Source: an uncultured Gemmatimonadaceae bacterium (GTDB lineage: Bacteria > Gemmatimonadota > Gemmatimonadetes > Gemmatimonadales > Gemmatimonadaceae). From it: a stretch of 64,000 nucleotides of DNA. Made by a program: the position numbers and the translations under genes. The notes under the pieces are model-generated. The model was not told the origin of the DNA. It searched no databases and saw only the letters and a list, made by a program, of their open reading frames with translations. Of this stretch, positions 30,175-38,754 are shown in pieces (the first letter of the stretch is position 1; every line of letters starts with the position of its first letter). The stretch is from assembly GCA_963790305.1 (NCBI GenBank), contig CAWBOC010000005.1, forward strand, positions 833,916-897,915, written 5' to 3'.

Positions 30175-30880
30175 ACGCCTGGCCGCGCTCGCCGATGGCG
30201 AGCCGACGGCGGCCGAGGCGACGCACCTTTCGTCATGCGCGTCGTGCGCGCATGAGGTCGCGGCGCATCGCCGCCTGCTCATGCTCGCGTGGCAAGAGCG
30301 TGAAACGCTCTCCGCACCGCTCGCCAGCTGGGGAACGGTCGCCGAATCGCTGCGTAGCGAGGGACTGCTTCGCGACGCGCCGGCGACCGCCGGCGGTGGC
30401 GGTGGCGGCGGTGGTGGGGCCCGGTCTCCCTGGTGGCTTCAGGCGGCTGCGGCAGTGGTCGTCCTCGCCGGCGGAATGCACATCGGCCGGATGACGGTCG
30501 GCACCTCCGGCGATACCACGGCGGCGGTGCAGCAAACGGGAAACAATCGCCTCGCATCGAACGCGGACACGTCGGTTGCGTTCGGCTCACCGGCGGAAGC
30601 GATCGCCGTGCTGCAGCGGGCCGAGCGCGACTATCGCCTGGCGATGATGTATCTGGCTGGGCAGGACACCGTCTCACGCACCGCGGATGATCCCGAGATC
30701 TATCGCGCGAGACTCGCCGCGCTGGACGAGATGGCCGGTGTCGCGCTCGATGCGGTGCAGCAGGCGCCGCAGGACCCAATGATGAACCGTATTTATCTGA
30801 CCACGCTGGGCACGCGGGATGCGACGCTACGACAGCTCGGAGAAAGGCTTCCCGAAAACGTTCAGCTCCGCGGCTTCTGA
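30155..30880 (+). CDS. ZAS-type anti-sigma factor
   Basis: H...HLSSCASC zinc motif, single TM; overlaps the sigma gene. Confidence 0.8.
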   Translation: MSHLHPERLAALADGEPTAAEATHLSSCASCAHEVAAHRRLLMLAWQERETLSAPLASWGTVAESLRSEGLLRDAPATAGGGGGGGGGARSPWWLQAAAAVVVLAGGMHIGRMTVGTSGDTTAAVQQTGNNRLASNADTSVAFGSPAEAIAVLQRAERDYRLAMMYLAGQDTVSRTADDPEIYRARLAALDEMAGVALDAVQQAPQDPMMNRIYLTTLGTRDATLRQLGERLPENVQLRGF

Positions 30881-30891
30881 GGACGATAGTG

Positions 30892-32007
30892 ATGACACGG
30901 AATTCGCTGGCCGCCACCGCCATCGTAATCCTGACGTTGGGCGCCCCAGTGGGAGCTGCCGCGCAGGAGGTGAAATGCAATCCCTGCGAGGCGGAGGACC
31001 GCGATCGCGTGGTGCGGCGGTACCAGCAGGAGATCGAGCGCGCGGCCCGGGAGATCGCGACGATCGAGCGGGAGCTGGCATCGACTCGAGCGGCGCTCGA
31101 CACGACGACAATGCGGCGCCTCAATGAGCGCATGCAGCGCGCAATCGAGACGCTCTCGCGAGCGCACGGCCGCCAGGCCGCGCAGCTTCGGTCCTATGGC
31201 GGCCGGACTCGCTCGCCGGTCGTCGCGACCGTCCCGCCGGCGAGCCAGTGGCTGACGCAGGACATGGATGGCTACATCGGTGTGCTCTGGTCCGCGAACG
31301 TCAACGTCGAGAAGGCCAAGCACGGCGAGGCGCTCTGGACGTTCCATGACTATCCCCACGTCGAAGCGGTCGAGCGGGCGTCGCCCGCCGAGCGCGCGGG
31401 AATTCAAGTGGGGGACATGATCGTCGCGTTCGATGGCAAGGACCTGCGCACGGGGAAGATTCCGATGAATACCGTGCTGCGGCCTGGAAATACGGTGACC
31501 ATTCGCCTGAACCGCGCCAATCGCGCCCGCTCAGTCAACGTCACGGTCGAGCCGCGGCCGCAGTTCACCGTGCGCCAGCGAACGCCGCGTCCCTCCGCTC
31601 CGGAGCCGCCGCCCGGCGTCATCGTGATCGAGTCACCGGAGATGGGAGACGTGCCCGCCATCGCGCCGACTCCATCCACTCCGAGCGCGACACCGCTCCC
31701 GCCGTTCAGCGCGTTCGGGGCGTTCGGTCCTCAGACCGCCACCGCGGGCGCGGAGATGCTTGCGCTCGACGAGGTGCTGGGCAAGCCGTACGGCGTCGAT
31801 CACGGTCTGCTGGTCGTCCGTGTCGGTCCGAGAACGCCAGCCGCGCGCGCCGGAATTCAGCGCGGTGACGTGCTTCTCACCGTCGGTGGCCGCGAGCTGC
31901 GCTCAGTGGCGGGGCTCATTCGCGCCGTGGACGGCGCCGAGAACGGCCAGGTTCGGCTGGAGCTGATGCGGGAGGGGGAGCGGAAGGCGGTTGTGTTGCA
32001 GTGGTGA
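30892..32007 (+). CDS. Secreted coiled-coil protein with two PDZ domains
   Basis: Signal peptide; SPAERAGIQVGD and TPAARAGIQRGD. Confidence 0.85.
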   Translation: MTRNSLAATAIVILTLGAPVGAAAQEVKCNPCEAEDRDRVVRRYQQEIERAAREIATIERELASTRAALDTTTMRRLNERMQRAIETLSRAHGRQAAQLRSYGGRTRSPVVATVPPASQWLTQDMDGYIGVLWSANVNVEKAKHGEALWTFHDYPHVEAVERASPAERAGIQVGDMIVAFDGKDLRTGKIPMNTVLRPGNTVTIRLNRANRARSVNVTVEPRPQFTVRQRTPRPSAPEPPPGVIVIESPEMGDVPAIAPTPSTPSATPLPPFSAFGAFGPQTATAGAEMLALDEVLGKPYGVDHGLLVVRVGPRTPAARAGIQRGDVLLTVGGRELRSVAGLIRAVDGAENGQVRLELMREGERKAVVLQW

Positions 32008-32140
32008 CCGCGGCGAAGCCGCGGCCTAGGGGTCAGGAGTCAGGGATGAGGGGGTGTCAGGGTGAAGGTTCGAGGAGAAACGGCCGCGTGACTCCTGCAG
32101 CCTCTGCCCTGACACCCCTGATCCCTGACTCCTGACTCCT
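32008..32140. repeat. GGAGTCA-heptamer palindrome, copy A4, preceded by a ccgcggcGAAgccgcgg hairpin
   Basis: ggggtcaggagtcagggatgagggggtgtcagggtgaaggttcgaggaga ... ccctgacacccctgatccctgactcctgactcct. Confidence 0.9.
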
Positions 32141-32144
32141 CAAG

Positions 32145-33059
32145 TCAATCCAACCTTCGCTCGTCAGGAACCAGCGACGCGTGAATCGCCAGCGCCGCGA
32201 CCGCGCCACCGCCAGCGGCGGCAATCGCCAGGTGCGGACCCGGCGTGATGTCCCCCGCCGCGAACACGTTGCGCACCGATGTTCGGTACTTGTCGTCGAC
32301 GACGACGAGCCCCTCATCATCCCGCTTGCACCCCAACTGCACGCCCAGGTCGTCCGCTGGGTACTGGCCGATCGCGAAGAAGATGCGCTCGCACTCGAGC
32401 GTGCTGTCATCGTCGAGCACGAGGGAGCGCACCTTCGCGCCATCTGACTCGAGACGAACGATCGGCTGCTCGACGACCGGGATTCGCAGCGCATCGAGCT
32501 TCGCTCGTACCGACGGCTCAATCCCGTCTGGCTTTCCGTTCGTGCAGATCGTGATGTCGCGCGTCCACGTGGTGAGCGAAAACGCCATCCCCGCCGCACT
32601 GCGGCCGGACGCGAGCACGACCGTGCGCTTGTCCCGGGACTCGTGGCCATCGCAGTCAGGGCAGTGATGCACCGTCTGGCCGTAGCAGCGGTCGAGCCCG
32701 GGGATTTCCGGCCACACGTCCTTGATGCCGATCGCAAGCAGAACCCGCTTGGACGTGAACGTGCGGCCGCCCTCGAGCGTCGTGACGAAGCGATCCTCCC
32801 CGTCCTCTCGAATGGTGCTCACGCAGCCATTGATCAGCTCCGCTCCGTAGCGGGCGGCTTCAGCGCGACCACGCTCGCGCAGCTCCGGCGGCGTAATCCC
32901 GTGCAACCCCAGGTAGCCGTTGATCCCGCGCGCTTCCCAGTTGCGAGGGTCGTGCGAATCGACGAGGACGACGGAGTGGAGATAGCGCGCGAGAAAGAGC
33001 GCACCGGTGAGGCCGGCCGGACCGCCGCCAACGATGGCGACATCGTACGAGTGGGGCAT
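32145..33059 (-). CDS. Thioredoxin reductase-like FAD oxidoreductase
   Basis: GGGPAG, HCPDCDG, VFAAGD. Confidence 0.9.
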   Translation of the reverse strand: MPHSYDVAIVGGGPAGLTGALFLARYLHSVVLVDSHDPRNWEARGINGYLGLHGITPPELRERGRAEAARYGAELINGCVSTIREDGEDRFVTTLEGGRTFTSKRVLLAIGIKDVWPEIPGLDRCYGQTVHHCPDCDGHESRDKRTVVLASGRSAAGMAFSLTTWTRDITICTNGKPDGIEPSVRAKLDALRIPVVEQPIVRLESDGAKVRSLVLDDDSTLECERIFFAIGQYPADDLGVQLGCKRDDEGLVVVDDKYRTSVRNVFAAGDITPGPHLAIAAAGGGAVAALAIHASLVPDERRLD

Positions 33060-33080
33060 GGGGGCGGCAGTTGCAAAAAA

Positions 33081-33183
33081 GGGCGCTAAGGGCGCTAGGG
33101 GCGCTAAGGGCGCTGGAAAAGCGAAAGGCGCCGAACTGTGAGCAGTTCAGCGCCCCTAGCGCCCCTAGCGCCCCTAGCGCCCC
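33081..33183. repeat. Nonamer palindrome (GGGCGCTAR)n ... (TAGCGCCCC)n
   Basis: Four units per arm; related to 10344-10430. Confidence 0.9.
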
Positions 33184-33185
33184 GC

Positions 33186-33971
33186 TTACTTCAGCGATCC
33201 CGGCGGAAGCGAGTACAGCAGTCTCAGCGTCGCGCGATCGGCTTCCGACAGCGCGCGGACCCGCACCTTCGGCGTCATGATGTTCGTGGTGTCCATCGTG
33301 TGATCGAGTCCCAGGAGGTGGCCGACCTCATGGAGCGCGATGGCCTTTATCGCACTCCCGTCGAGGACCTCGCCACCATTGTGGTGCAGGGCGATCGTGA
33401 TCGTCCCGTTCACGATCCACCAGTGGCGGTCACGCGCCCACAGCGTCTTCCCGCTGATCGCGTCGGTGAACTGCTCCGTCCACGTCACGTGGATGTCGGC
33501 GTCGGCCGAATCCGTGACGAACGTGAATCGCACCGGGATTCCCGACAAGGACCATTCCGAGAACGCATCGCGAACGCGACGTACGTGCGTGGAATCCCAG
33601 TTCTTGAGTCCCACTCCGGTGCCGACCCACACTCGCAGCGGGTTCACGCGGCGCTCCGGCCACCGTGCGAGCGAGGAATCACGCTCGACCAGGATCTCAT
33701 GGATATAGGTGCCTGCCGCGTTCTCGCGAATGCGGCGCCAGATCTCTTCGTTGTCTCGTGCGGGGGCGGGAGCGACATCGCCGGCAACGACCGCCGCGAG
33801 GCCGTTTCTACGCGTCGGCCGCGCAACTCGCGCTGGGCGCTCGACGGTGGTCAGCTCGAGCTCAGCGCTCTCCGTGGTCGCGGTGATCCGGGACGCGCTC
33901 ACCGCCTGGGTGGCCACGAACCCGATCATCGCGATCACAATCGAAAGGAGGACAAGCTCGAAGCGCTTCAT
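33186..33971 (-). CDS. Matrixin (M10) family metalloprotease
   Basis: HEVGHLLGLDH followed by Met-turn IMTP; N-terminal TM. Confidence 0.9.
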   Translation of the reverse strand: MKRFELVLLSIVIAMIGFVATQAVSASRITATTESAELELTTVERPARVARPTRRNGLAAVVAGDVAPAPARDNEEIWRRIRENAAGTYIHEILVERDSSLARWPERRVNPLRVWVGTGVGLKNWDSTHVRRVRDAFSEWSLSGIPVRFTFVTDSADADIHVTWTEQFTDAISGKTLWARDRHWWIVNGTITIALHHNGGEVLDGSAIKAIALHEVGHLLGLDHTMDTTNIMTPKVRVRALSEADRATLRLLYSLPPGSLK

Positions 33972-34317
33972 GGCGGGATACCAAAGGCGGGAAAGTGGCC
34001 CTCAGAGGCCGGCGAGGAACGTCTCGTCCAACGTGAAGAAGTGGTTCGGTGTCTCCAGAAAGGGCGGGTGACCAGCGCCAGGATCGGCGCCAGGGAGGCC
34101 CTCGGTAGGTTTGACACGAGATCCGGCGCCGTCGTAACGGAGGGAGGATCTCGCTCTCCGTGAATGACGAGCGTGGGACTGTCGAGGGCACGGATGGAAC
34201 GAAACCAATCATACCCCGAAGTTCTGAAACGTGCCGCCAGGGAAGGGTTCTACCTGACGCGTCGGGGAATGCGGCCCTAGGTGCGGCGGAACGCGACCCG
34301 GTGATCGCGCGCGGATG

Positions 34318-34647
34318 TCACGGAACGTGGCAGAGGAACGTGACGCGGAGTGTGGAGGCGCTTTCGGGCGACACCGAGCAGAAGGTGGACATCTCGAGTG
34401 CGCGCCGCACCGCCCGCACTTCGGCCTCGCTCACCTGCGGGACGCCATGAAACACGAGCTCGACGGTTTGCTGATCCAGCGGCGTGATCGTGACCTGCCG
34501 GCCGGCGATCCAGCCGTTCTGGTCGGCAGCAGGGAGCTGTTCCGCGAGCCGCTGCTGGATGCCGACGATCAGCTCGTTCAGCGAGGTGGTCAACACGGGT
34601 CGAGGTACGTTAGTGTCAACGTGGTGGAAGTTGGTCCATACCTTCAC
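34318..34647 (-). CDS. Hypothetical protein
   Basis: Globular-looking 109-aa ORF with no recognised motif; start may lie further downstream. Confidence 0.45.
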   Translation of the reverse strand: MKVWTNFHHVDTNVPRPVLTTSLNELIVGIQQRLAEQLPAADQNGWIAGRQVTITPLDQQTVELVFHGVPQVSEAEVRAVRRALEMSTFCSVSPESASTLRVTFLCHVP

Positions 34648-34659
34648 CCGGGAATAACT

Positions 34660-35118
34660 ATGTCACTCCTCGGTCCCGCCAGCCCCCGCCAACTTGCCCT
34701 GGGGATCGCCCTCGTCCGGATCATCGCGGGCGTGATCTTCATCGCGCATGGGTACATGAAATTCTTCGTCATGGGAATGCCGGGCACGACGGGTTTCTTC
34801 AGTCAGGTGGGCGTCCCCGCTCCAGCCATCATGGCGCCATTTGTCGCCACACTCGAGGTCGCCGGCGGAATCGCCCTCGTCATCGGCCTGCTCACACGTC
34901 TGGCGGCGCTTGGCCTGGCGTTCAACATGCTCGTTGCCATCATGCTCGTGCGTCTCAAGGGAGGATTCTTTGCGCCGAACGGCGCGGAGTTCGAGATTCT
35001 GCTCTGCGTCGCCTGCGTTGCTCTCGTCGTTGCCGGAGCGGGCGCGTTGAGCGCTGACGAAGCGATCGCGCAACGTCGCTCACCCGCCATGGGCGACGCG
35101 TACGGACGCACCGCATGA
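34660..35118 (+). CDS. DoxX family membrane protein (CatD-like)
   Basis: R...G..FIAHG..K, E..GG.AL..GLLTR, GAGALS.D. Confidence 0.9.
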   Translation: MSLLGPASPRQLALGIALVRIIAGVIFIAHGYMKFFVMGMPGTTGFFSQVGVPAPAIMAPFVATLEVAGGIALVIGLLTRLAALGLAFNMLVAIMLVRLKGGFFAPNGAEFEILLCVACVALVVAGAGALSADEAIAQRRSPAMGDAYGRTA

Positions 35119-36020
35119 CCGCCCCCGCCGCTCGTTCAGGCGGCGCGCCCTTCACGGTACCGCCGCCACGGTATCAGCTCCCGGCGGACACCAGGCTCGG
35201 GCCCGTTCGATTGCAGATCTCCGATCTGGCGCGTTCGATCAGTTATTACGAGCGGGTGATCGGGCTCCGCACGATCGAGAGACAGGAGCGATCGGCCACG
35301 CTGGGAGCTCACGATGATGAAACGCCCATCGTCGAGCTCAGTGAGCGCCCTGGTGCGACACCGGTGCCGCGGCGCGGCCGCCTCGGACTCTTCCATTTCG
35401 CGATTCTGCTCCCCGATCGCGCGGCGCTTGGTCGTTTCATGGCGCACCTTGCGGATATCGGCGAATCGGCCGGCATGGCCGACCATCTGGTGAGTGAGGC
35501 GATCTACCTCAGCGATCCGGACGGGCTCGGCATCGAGGTGTACGCCGATCGCCCCCGCAACGAGTGGCGAATGCAGGGGCGGTCGATCGCGATGGCGACG
35601 CTGCCGCTGAACGTGCAGGATCTCGCGCGCGCTGGCGAAGGACGGCCGTGGAGCGGCGCGCCGAAAGGCACACACATTGGCCACGTTCACCTCCACGTGG
35701 GCGACCTCGAGCAGGCGGCGTCGTTCTATCACGTCGGGCTCGGACTCGACAAGGTCGTCGTCGAGTTTCCCGGCGCGCTGTTCATGTCCGCCGGGGGCTA
35801 CCATCACCATCTCGGGACGAACACGTGGGCGCCGGGCGCCGTTGCGGCGACCGATGGTGATGCGCGGCTCCTCGAGTGGACCGTGGTCCTGCCGTCTGGA
35901 AAGGACGTCACCGAGGCGGCGCAGTCCATCGTCGCCGGCGGGTTCCGGACGACGAGCGAAGGAACCGATGCCGTGACCGCGGATCCGTGGGGGACGGGGG
36001 TTCGCCTAACGACGGGCTAG
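35115..36020 (+). CDS. VOC-family catechol 2,3-dioxygenase-like protein (CatE-like)
   Basis: GLFHFAILLP, DHLVSEAIYL.DPDG.GIE, GHVHLHV, GGYHHH. Confidence 0.9.
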   Translation: MTAPAARSGGAPFTVPPPRYQLPADTRLGPVRLQISDLARSISYYERVIGLRTIERQERSATLGAHDDETPIVELSERPGATPVPRRGRLGLFHFAILLPDRAALGRFMAHLADIGESAGMADHLVSEAIYLSDPDGLGIEVYADRPRNEWRMQGRSIAMATLPLNVQDLARAGEGRPWSGAPKGTHIGHVHLHVGDLEQAASFYHVGLGLDKVVVEFPGALFMSAGGYHHHLGTNTWAPGAVAATDGDARLLEWTVVLPSGKDVTEAAQSIVAGGFRTTSEGTDAVTADPWGTGVRLTTG

Positions 36021-36038
36021 GGCCCGCAGGAGGTCCTC

Positions 36039-36578
36039 GTGCAACCGGCACCCGCTGTCGATCCGGATACGATCAGCCTCGGACTGCTCATCGGACGACT
36101 GGTCGTAGGATTGCTCATCGCCGCGCATGGCACACAAAAGCTCTTCGGGTGGTTTGGCGGTCACGGTCTCGAAGGGACCGGCAAATTCTTTGGGTCCCTC
36201 GGGTTTCTGCCTGGCCGCACCTTCGCCACACTCGCCGGCCTCGGCGAGCTCGCGAGCGGTCTCCTCATCGCCATGGGCCTCCTCGGGGCCATCGGCCCAG
36301 CGATCATGCTCTCGGTCATGATCGTGGCGGGCATCAGCGTTCACTGGCGGCACGGACTGTTCGCGACGAACAACGGGATCGAGCTTCCGCTGCTCTATGC
36401 CACCGGCGCCATTGCGCTCGCGTTCACTGGCTTCGGTCGATACTCTCTCGACTCCATGCTGGGGTTGACCGGCTTCGCCGCGCTGAAGGTGACGCTGATT
36501 GCGCTGGGCGTCGGGATCATCGGCGGCGTCGCGAACCTCGCGGCGCGTTGGAAAGCGCCGGTGGGGCCGTCGGTTTGA
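36039..36578 (+). CDS. DoxX family protein (MhqP-like)
   Basis: AHGTQKLFGWFGGHGLEGT. Confidence 0.9.
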   Translation: MQPAPAVDPDTISLGLLIGRLVVGLLIAAHGTQKLFGWFGGHGLEGTGKFFGSLGFLPGRTFATLAGLGELASGLLIAMGLLGAIGPAIMLSVMIVAGISVHWRHGLFATNNGIELPLLYATGAIALAFTGFGRYSLDSMLGLTGFAALKVTLIALGVGIIGGVANLAARWKAPVGPSV

Positions 36579-36612
36579 GGTGCTCGAGCACCTAGAGCAC
36601 CTCGAGCACCTC
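36577..36612. repeat. Short nonamer palindromic repeat (GAGCACCTx)
   Basis: gaggtgctc gagcaccta gagcacctc gagcacctc. Confidence 0.7.
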
Positions 36613-36620
36613 CTCTGACG

Positions 36621-37646
36621 GTGCCAGAAGGCCCATCGCGGCGGGTGCGATCGCTCGAAGACGCTCGGCTCGAGGCGCGCATCGTTAGGCGACGTCCGAT
36701 GCTCTACGCCTCCGGCGCCGACCCCGCGCATGACCGTCCCGGGCACGTGCGTGCCGCATCCGGACTCGCGTGGGTCGGCGACCGGCTCGCCGTCATCCAG
36801 GACGACGCGAGCTTCGTCGCGCTGGTGGATCCGACGACGGGGCTCGCCGAGGCGTTCCCGCTTCCCGCGGGACCCGGTGGCGTACGTCAGTTCGATGACG
36901 CCCGCGGCAACAAGGCGGGGAAGCTCGATCTGGAAGCGCTGACCACCGTTCCCGGCTCCGACGGCGTGCTCCTCGCCGCGTTTGGGTCGGGCTCGCTCGC
37001 GCCCCGCGAGACGGTCGTGCTCATCGCATTCGCCGGCACTACCTCGGCGAGCGTCGATGTGCGTGCCGCAACGGAGCTCTACGCGATGCTGCGCCGCTCC
37101 GCTGAGTTCGCCGGCAGCGACATGAACGTCGAGGGGGCGCTTCACGCCGGTGGTGTGCTCACGTTGTTCGGCCGCGGCAACGGTGCCGTTCGCGGGGAGC
37201 TGCTGCCGGTCAACGCGAGCTGCGATGTGCCGTGGCAATCGTTGAAGGCGTATCTCGATCAGCCCGCGTCCATTGCGCCCCCAGTCCCCGGCGCGATCAC
37301 ACAGTACGACCTTGGGATGCTCGACGGCGTTCCGTTGGGGTTTACCGATGTCGCACTCGGCCGCGGGCACGTCATTCTGTATGCGGCAGCGGCCGAGGCT
37401 TCGCCGGACGCGACGCGCGATGGGGAAGTGCTCGGCTCGATCGTGGGCGTCATCCATCCACATGCCGCCGCCGGGCGCTGGGCGCGGCTGTATGACGAGG
37501 ACGGGCATCAATTCTCCGGGAAGGTGGAGGGCCTCACGATGGATGCTCAGCGCTCCGAGCGGGTTTTCGCAGTTGTCGATTCCGACGATCATTCGAAGGC
37601 GTCGGACCTTCTCGAAGTCCAGTTGTCCGGTCCCTGGTGGGGGTAA
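36621..37646 (+). CDS. Hypothetical protein, probable beta-propeller (DUF6929-like)
   Basis: RAASGL, IQDD, KLDLEA, FGSGS..RE, NVEG, KVEG motifs. Confidence 0.65.
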   Translation: MPEGPSRRVRSLEDARLEARIVRRRPMLYASGADPAHDRPGHVRAASGLAWVGDRLAVIQDDASFVALVDPTTGLAEAFPLPAGPGGVRQFDDARGNKAGKLDLEALTTVPGSDGVLLAAFGSGSLAPRETVVLIAFAGTTSASVDVRAATELYAMLRRSAEFAGSDMNVEGALHAGGVLTLFGRGNGAVRGELLPVNASCDVPWQSLKAYLDQPASIAPPVPGAITQYDLGMLDGVPLGFTDVALGRGHVILYAAAAEASPDATRDGEVLGSIVGVIHPHAAAGRWARLYDEDGHQFSGKVEGLTMDAQRSERVFAVVDSDDHSKASDLLEVQLSGPWWG

Positions 37647-37661
37647 GCGCGAAACACGGCA

Positions 37662-37690
37662 TTGACACAGAGTGTTATAACACGTACTAT
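37662..37690 (+). promoter_or_regulatory. Sigma70 promoter with MarR operator, likely leaderless
   Basis: TTGACA-N17-TACTAT; perfect palindrome GTGTTATAACAC at 37672-37683; ATG 7 nt after the -10. Confidence 0.8.
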
Positions 37691-37697
37691 TCTTCGC

Positions 37698-38168
37698 ATG
37701 ACACCTGACCTCCGCGAGGATCTCCGCCAGCGAAAGCCGTTCACGAGCCTCGAGCAGGAAGCCCAGCTCAACGTCGTGCGCACGGCCTCGCTGCTCGTTG
37801 ATTCTTTCGAGCAGATGCTCAAGCCGTACGGGATCACGGCGACGCAGTACAACGTCCTGCGGATCCTGCGCGGCGCTGAGCCGGTAGGGCTGTGCCGGAA
37901 CGAGCTCCGCGACCGCATGCTCACGCGGATGCCCGACGTGACGCGCCTGCTCGACCGCATGGAGGACGCGAAGCTCGTGGCGAGGGCGCGCGGCTCCGAG
38001 GACCGACGCCTCGTCTCGACGAGGATCACGTCCAAAGGGCTTCGTCTGCTCGACGAGCTCAATGAGGTGGTGACCCAGGAGCACATGCGCCGGTTTCATC
38101 ATCTCAACAAGACGCAGCTAAAGTCGCTCATCGAGCTGCTCAACGCCGTTCGGAACGAGCTCGAGTAA
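37698..38168 (+). CDS. MarR family transcriptional regulator
   Basis: GIT..QYNVLRILRG, PDVTRLLDRME, DRR...IT.KG. Confidence 0.93.
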   Translation: MTPDLREDLRQRKPFTSLEQEAQLNVVRTASLLVDSFEQMLKPYGITATQYNVLRILRGAEPVGLCRNELRDRMLTRMPDVTRLLDRMEDAKLVARARGSEDRRLVSTRITSKGLRLLDELNEVVTQEHMRRFHHLNKTQLKSLIELLNAVRNELE

Positions 38169-38196
38169 ACCGGGGAACCCATCACGGGCTCCGACG

Positions 38197-38235
38197 GTTA
38201 TCATAATGGTGTTATCACACACGATGCTATAACAC
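38197..38235 (+). promoter_or_regulatory. Tandem MarR operator copies upstream of doxX-dioxygenase
   Basis: GTGTTATCACAC at 38209-38220 and ATGCTATAACAC at 38224-38235. Confidence 0.75.
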
Positions 38236-38250
38236 AGAGAGAGGAAATCC

Positions 38251-38727
38251 ATGTCACTCCTTGCAACCGCTTCTCCGCGCCAGCTCAACATCGGGCTGAC
38301 CATCCTCCGTGCGACGACCGGACTCATCTTCCTGGCGCACGGGGCGCAAAAACTCTTCGTCTACGGCTTTGACGGCGTCGCCGCCGCCTTCGGCCAAATG
38401 GGAGTTCCGCTCGCGGCCATTGCCGGCCCACTCGTCGCGGTCCTCGAGTTCTTCGGCGGCATCGCGCTCATCGCCGGCTTACTGACGCGCCTCGTCTCCG
38501 TCGGGCTGGCGATCACCATGGTCGGCGCCATGCTGCTCGTTCACCTCGCGGGCGGCTTCTTCATGCCGACGGGCGTCGAGTTCACGCTGTCCCTGTTCGG
38601 CTCGGCGCTTCTGCTTGCGCTCACGGGCGCGGGGGCATACTCCCTGGACGCAGTGCTCGCGCGTCGCCGCGCTTCGACCGTGGTCATGACAGGCACGGCG
38701 CAGGCTGGCACGCGTCGCGCTGCCTGA
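38251..38727 (+). CDS. DoxX family protein
   Basis: IFLAHGAQKLF, EFFGG..L..GLLTR. Confidence 0.9.
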   Translation: MSLLATASPRQLNIGLTILRATTGLIFLAHGAQKLFVYGFDGVAAAFGQMGVPLAAIAGPLVAVLEFFGGIALIAGLLTRLVSVGLAITMVGAMLLVHLAGGFFMPTGVEFTLSLFGSALLLALTGAGAYSLDAVLARRRASTVVMTGTAQAGTRRAA

Positions 38728-38754
38728 GAAGTTCTCTCGAAACGAGCTTTGGCC

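Noticed and set aside
30390..30420. GGC/GGT run in the anti-sigma gene as a phase-variable tract
   Set aside because: An imperfect in-frame poly-Gly linker.
36006..38102. 698-aa minus-strand ORF, and similar long antisense ORFs (9873-11414, 51689-53170, 56975-58423)
   Set aside because: Shadow ORFs opposite well-supported genes; expected in high-GC DNA and lacking motifs.
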